Assembly (NCBI GenBank): GCA_977016875.1 | Contig: CDRNST010000188.1 | Coordinates: 620,001-684,000, forward strand | Reading direction: 5' to 3' | Length of the DNA: 64,000 nucleotides | From: Pavona decussata | Lineage: Eukaryota | Part shown: piece after piece, positions 63,081-64,000 of the stretch | Layout: every line of letters begins with the position of its first letter | How positions within the stretch are numbered: position 1 is the stretch's first letter | Translations under genes and position numbers: made by a program | Notes under the pieces: generated by a model | Seen by the model: only the letters and a program-made list of their open reading frames with translations | Told to the model about the DNA's origin: nothing | The model's database searches: none

Positions 63081-64000
63081 TTATATAATGATACAATAAG
63101 GTCTTAGAGCTTCTACCAACAACGACACTTGTTTCTCCTCCAATAGCTCTTTGTGAACATCGGCGGCACTTATTCGGTCATTTCCTTCGTACTGCAAGGC
63201 GTCGAGAGTGATTCTTTGCTGATCGTTGGAACCTTGTGCTCGACTTGAAAATTTAATGCTTATGTTTGGATTATGCATCGCCATTGCATACCCAAGGCCA
63301 ACCTTGCCTAAACCACGAACACGCTTGAAGGCGCCATAAAACTTTTTCCCGTTAATGTCGACAAAATCTCGCGCGAGGATAGCGAAAAATAGAACACCAA
63401 GCGAAAATACGTCAGCCTTTTCGGTGTAATGACCATCGAACACTTCAGGAGCGATCCAGTTTGGCAAGCCAACCGCAGTGTTCATGTAGTACTCTGCATA
63501 ACTGCTCAGCCATGAGTAATCGTCTAGTCGAGCGTCGGTTTTTAGCGCGATAAACTCTCAAGCCAACCCAAAGTCAGCTAACTTTGCAACGTCCTCTGCT
63601 GTCAAGAGCACGTTATCAGGTTTTAAATCGCGGTGAACCACTCCACACGAGTGAAGATAAGCGAGGGCATCCGACGTTTGGAGCATCCATTGCAAATTCA
63701 GCTCTTCACTGCTTGGTCGAGTAAGGCGCTCGTTCAAGTTCCCGCCAGCACAGTACTCAGTCAAAATCAACATGTGAAGGCCTTGGGCATCAGAGAGCTT
63801 GTCCGCTCCTTTGACGGCTATCACATTCTCGTGAGAGAGTTCGTTGAGTGTCATAGCCTCCTGAATGGCATTGATAATTTCTGAAGCATCCTCGCATAAT
63901 ACATCTTTTAAAGCATAAACTCTGGAAGAAGATACGTCTTTTACTTTGTAGACGATGCCAAAAGCGCCATTTCCAAGTGTTCGCTGGATTCTCAGCCTTT
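63081..64000 (-). pseudogene. K10: duplicate of K4 with premature stop after DFGLA (5-prime end outside the window)
   Basis: K4 GCA-CGA (A-R) is GCT-TGA here (stop at 63558-63560); also DRPS to DRIS; otherwise nearly identical. Confidence 0.85.

Larger units (their letters stand above)
51932..64000 (+). repeat. Segmental duplication, copy 2 (runs past the window end)
   Basis: Colinear with 12975-24609. Confidence 0.95.

Overview
Eukaryotic, AT-rich genomic DNA. The repeat families and the TTC28-like CHAT fragment suggest a stony coral or other anthozoan (inference, not proven). An intronless Maf-family bZIP gene (2277-2933, -) sits head-to-head with one + strand Ser/Thr kinase (K1). After that comes a ~48 kb array of - strand, single-exon, kinase-domain-only genes resembling STK35/PDIK1L. 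Counting K1, the window holds seven intact kinase ORFs (K1, K2, K4, K5, K6, K7, K8) and about eleven pseudogenes or fragments. The array was built by nested tandem duplications, including a ~12 kb segmental duplication (12975-24609 vs 51932-64000+), and is full of MITEs, LINE fragments, a solo LTR and Harbinger, Kolobok and Polinton remnants. Most notable pattern: most family members end in a CaaX prenylation box (CCIA, CTIQ, CAIQ, CIII, CPIS, CTIM, CIIT), and the array genes carry conserved STAT-type GAS elements (TTC-N3-GAA, often paired with 11-13 bp spacers) about 70-130 bp upstream of the ATG. One subclade has lost the CaaX cysteine and includes an intact-ORF pseudokinase (HRD to HRH). 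Together this suggests an inducible, membrane-targeted kinase family under birth-and-death evolution, possibly immune; that function is inference.
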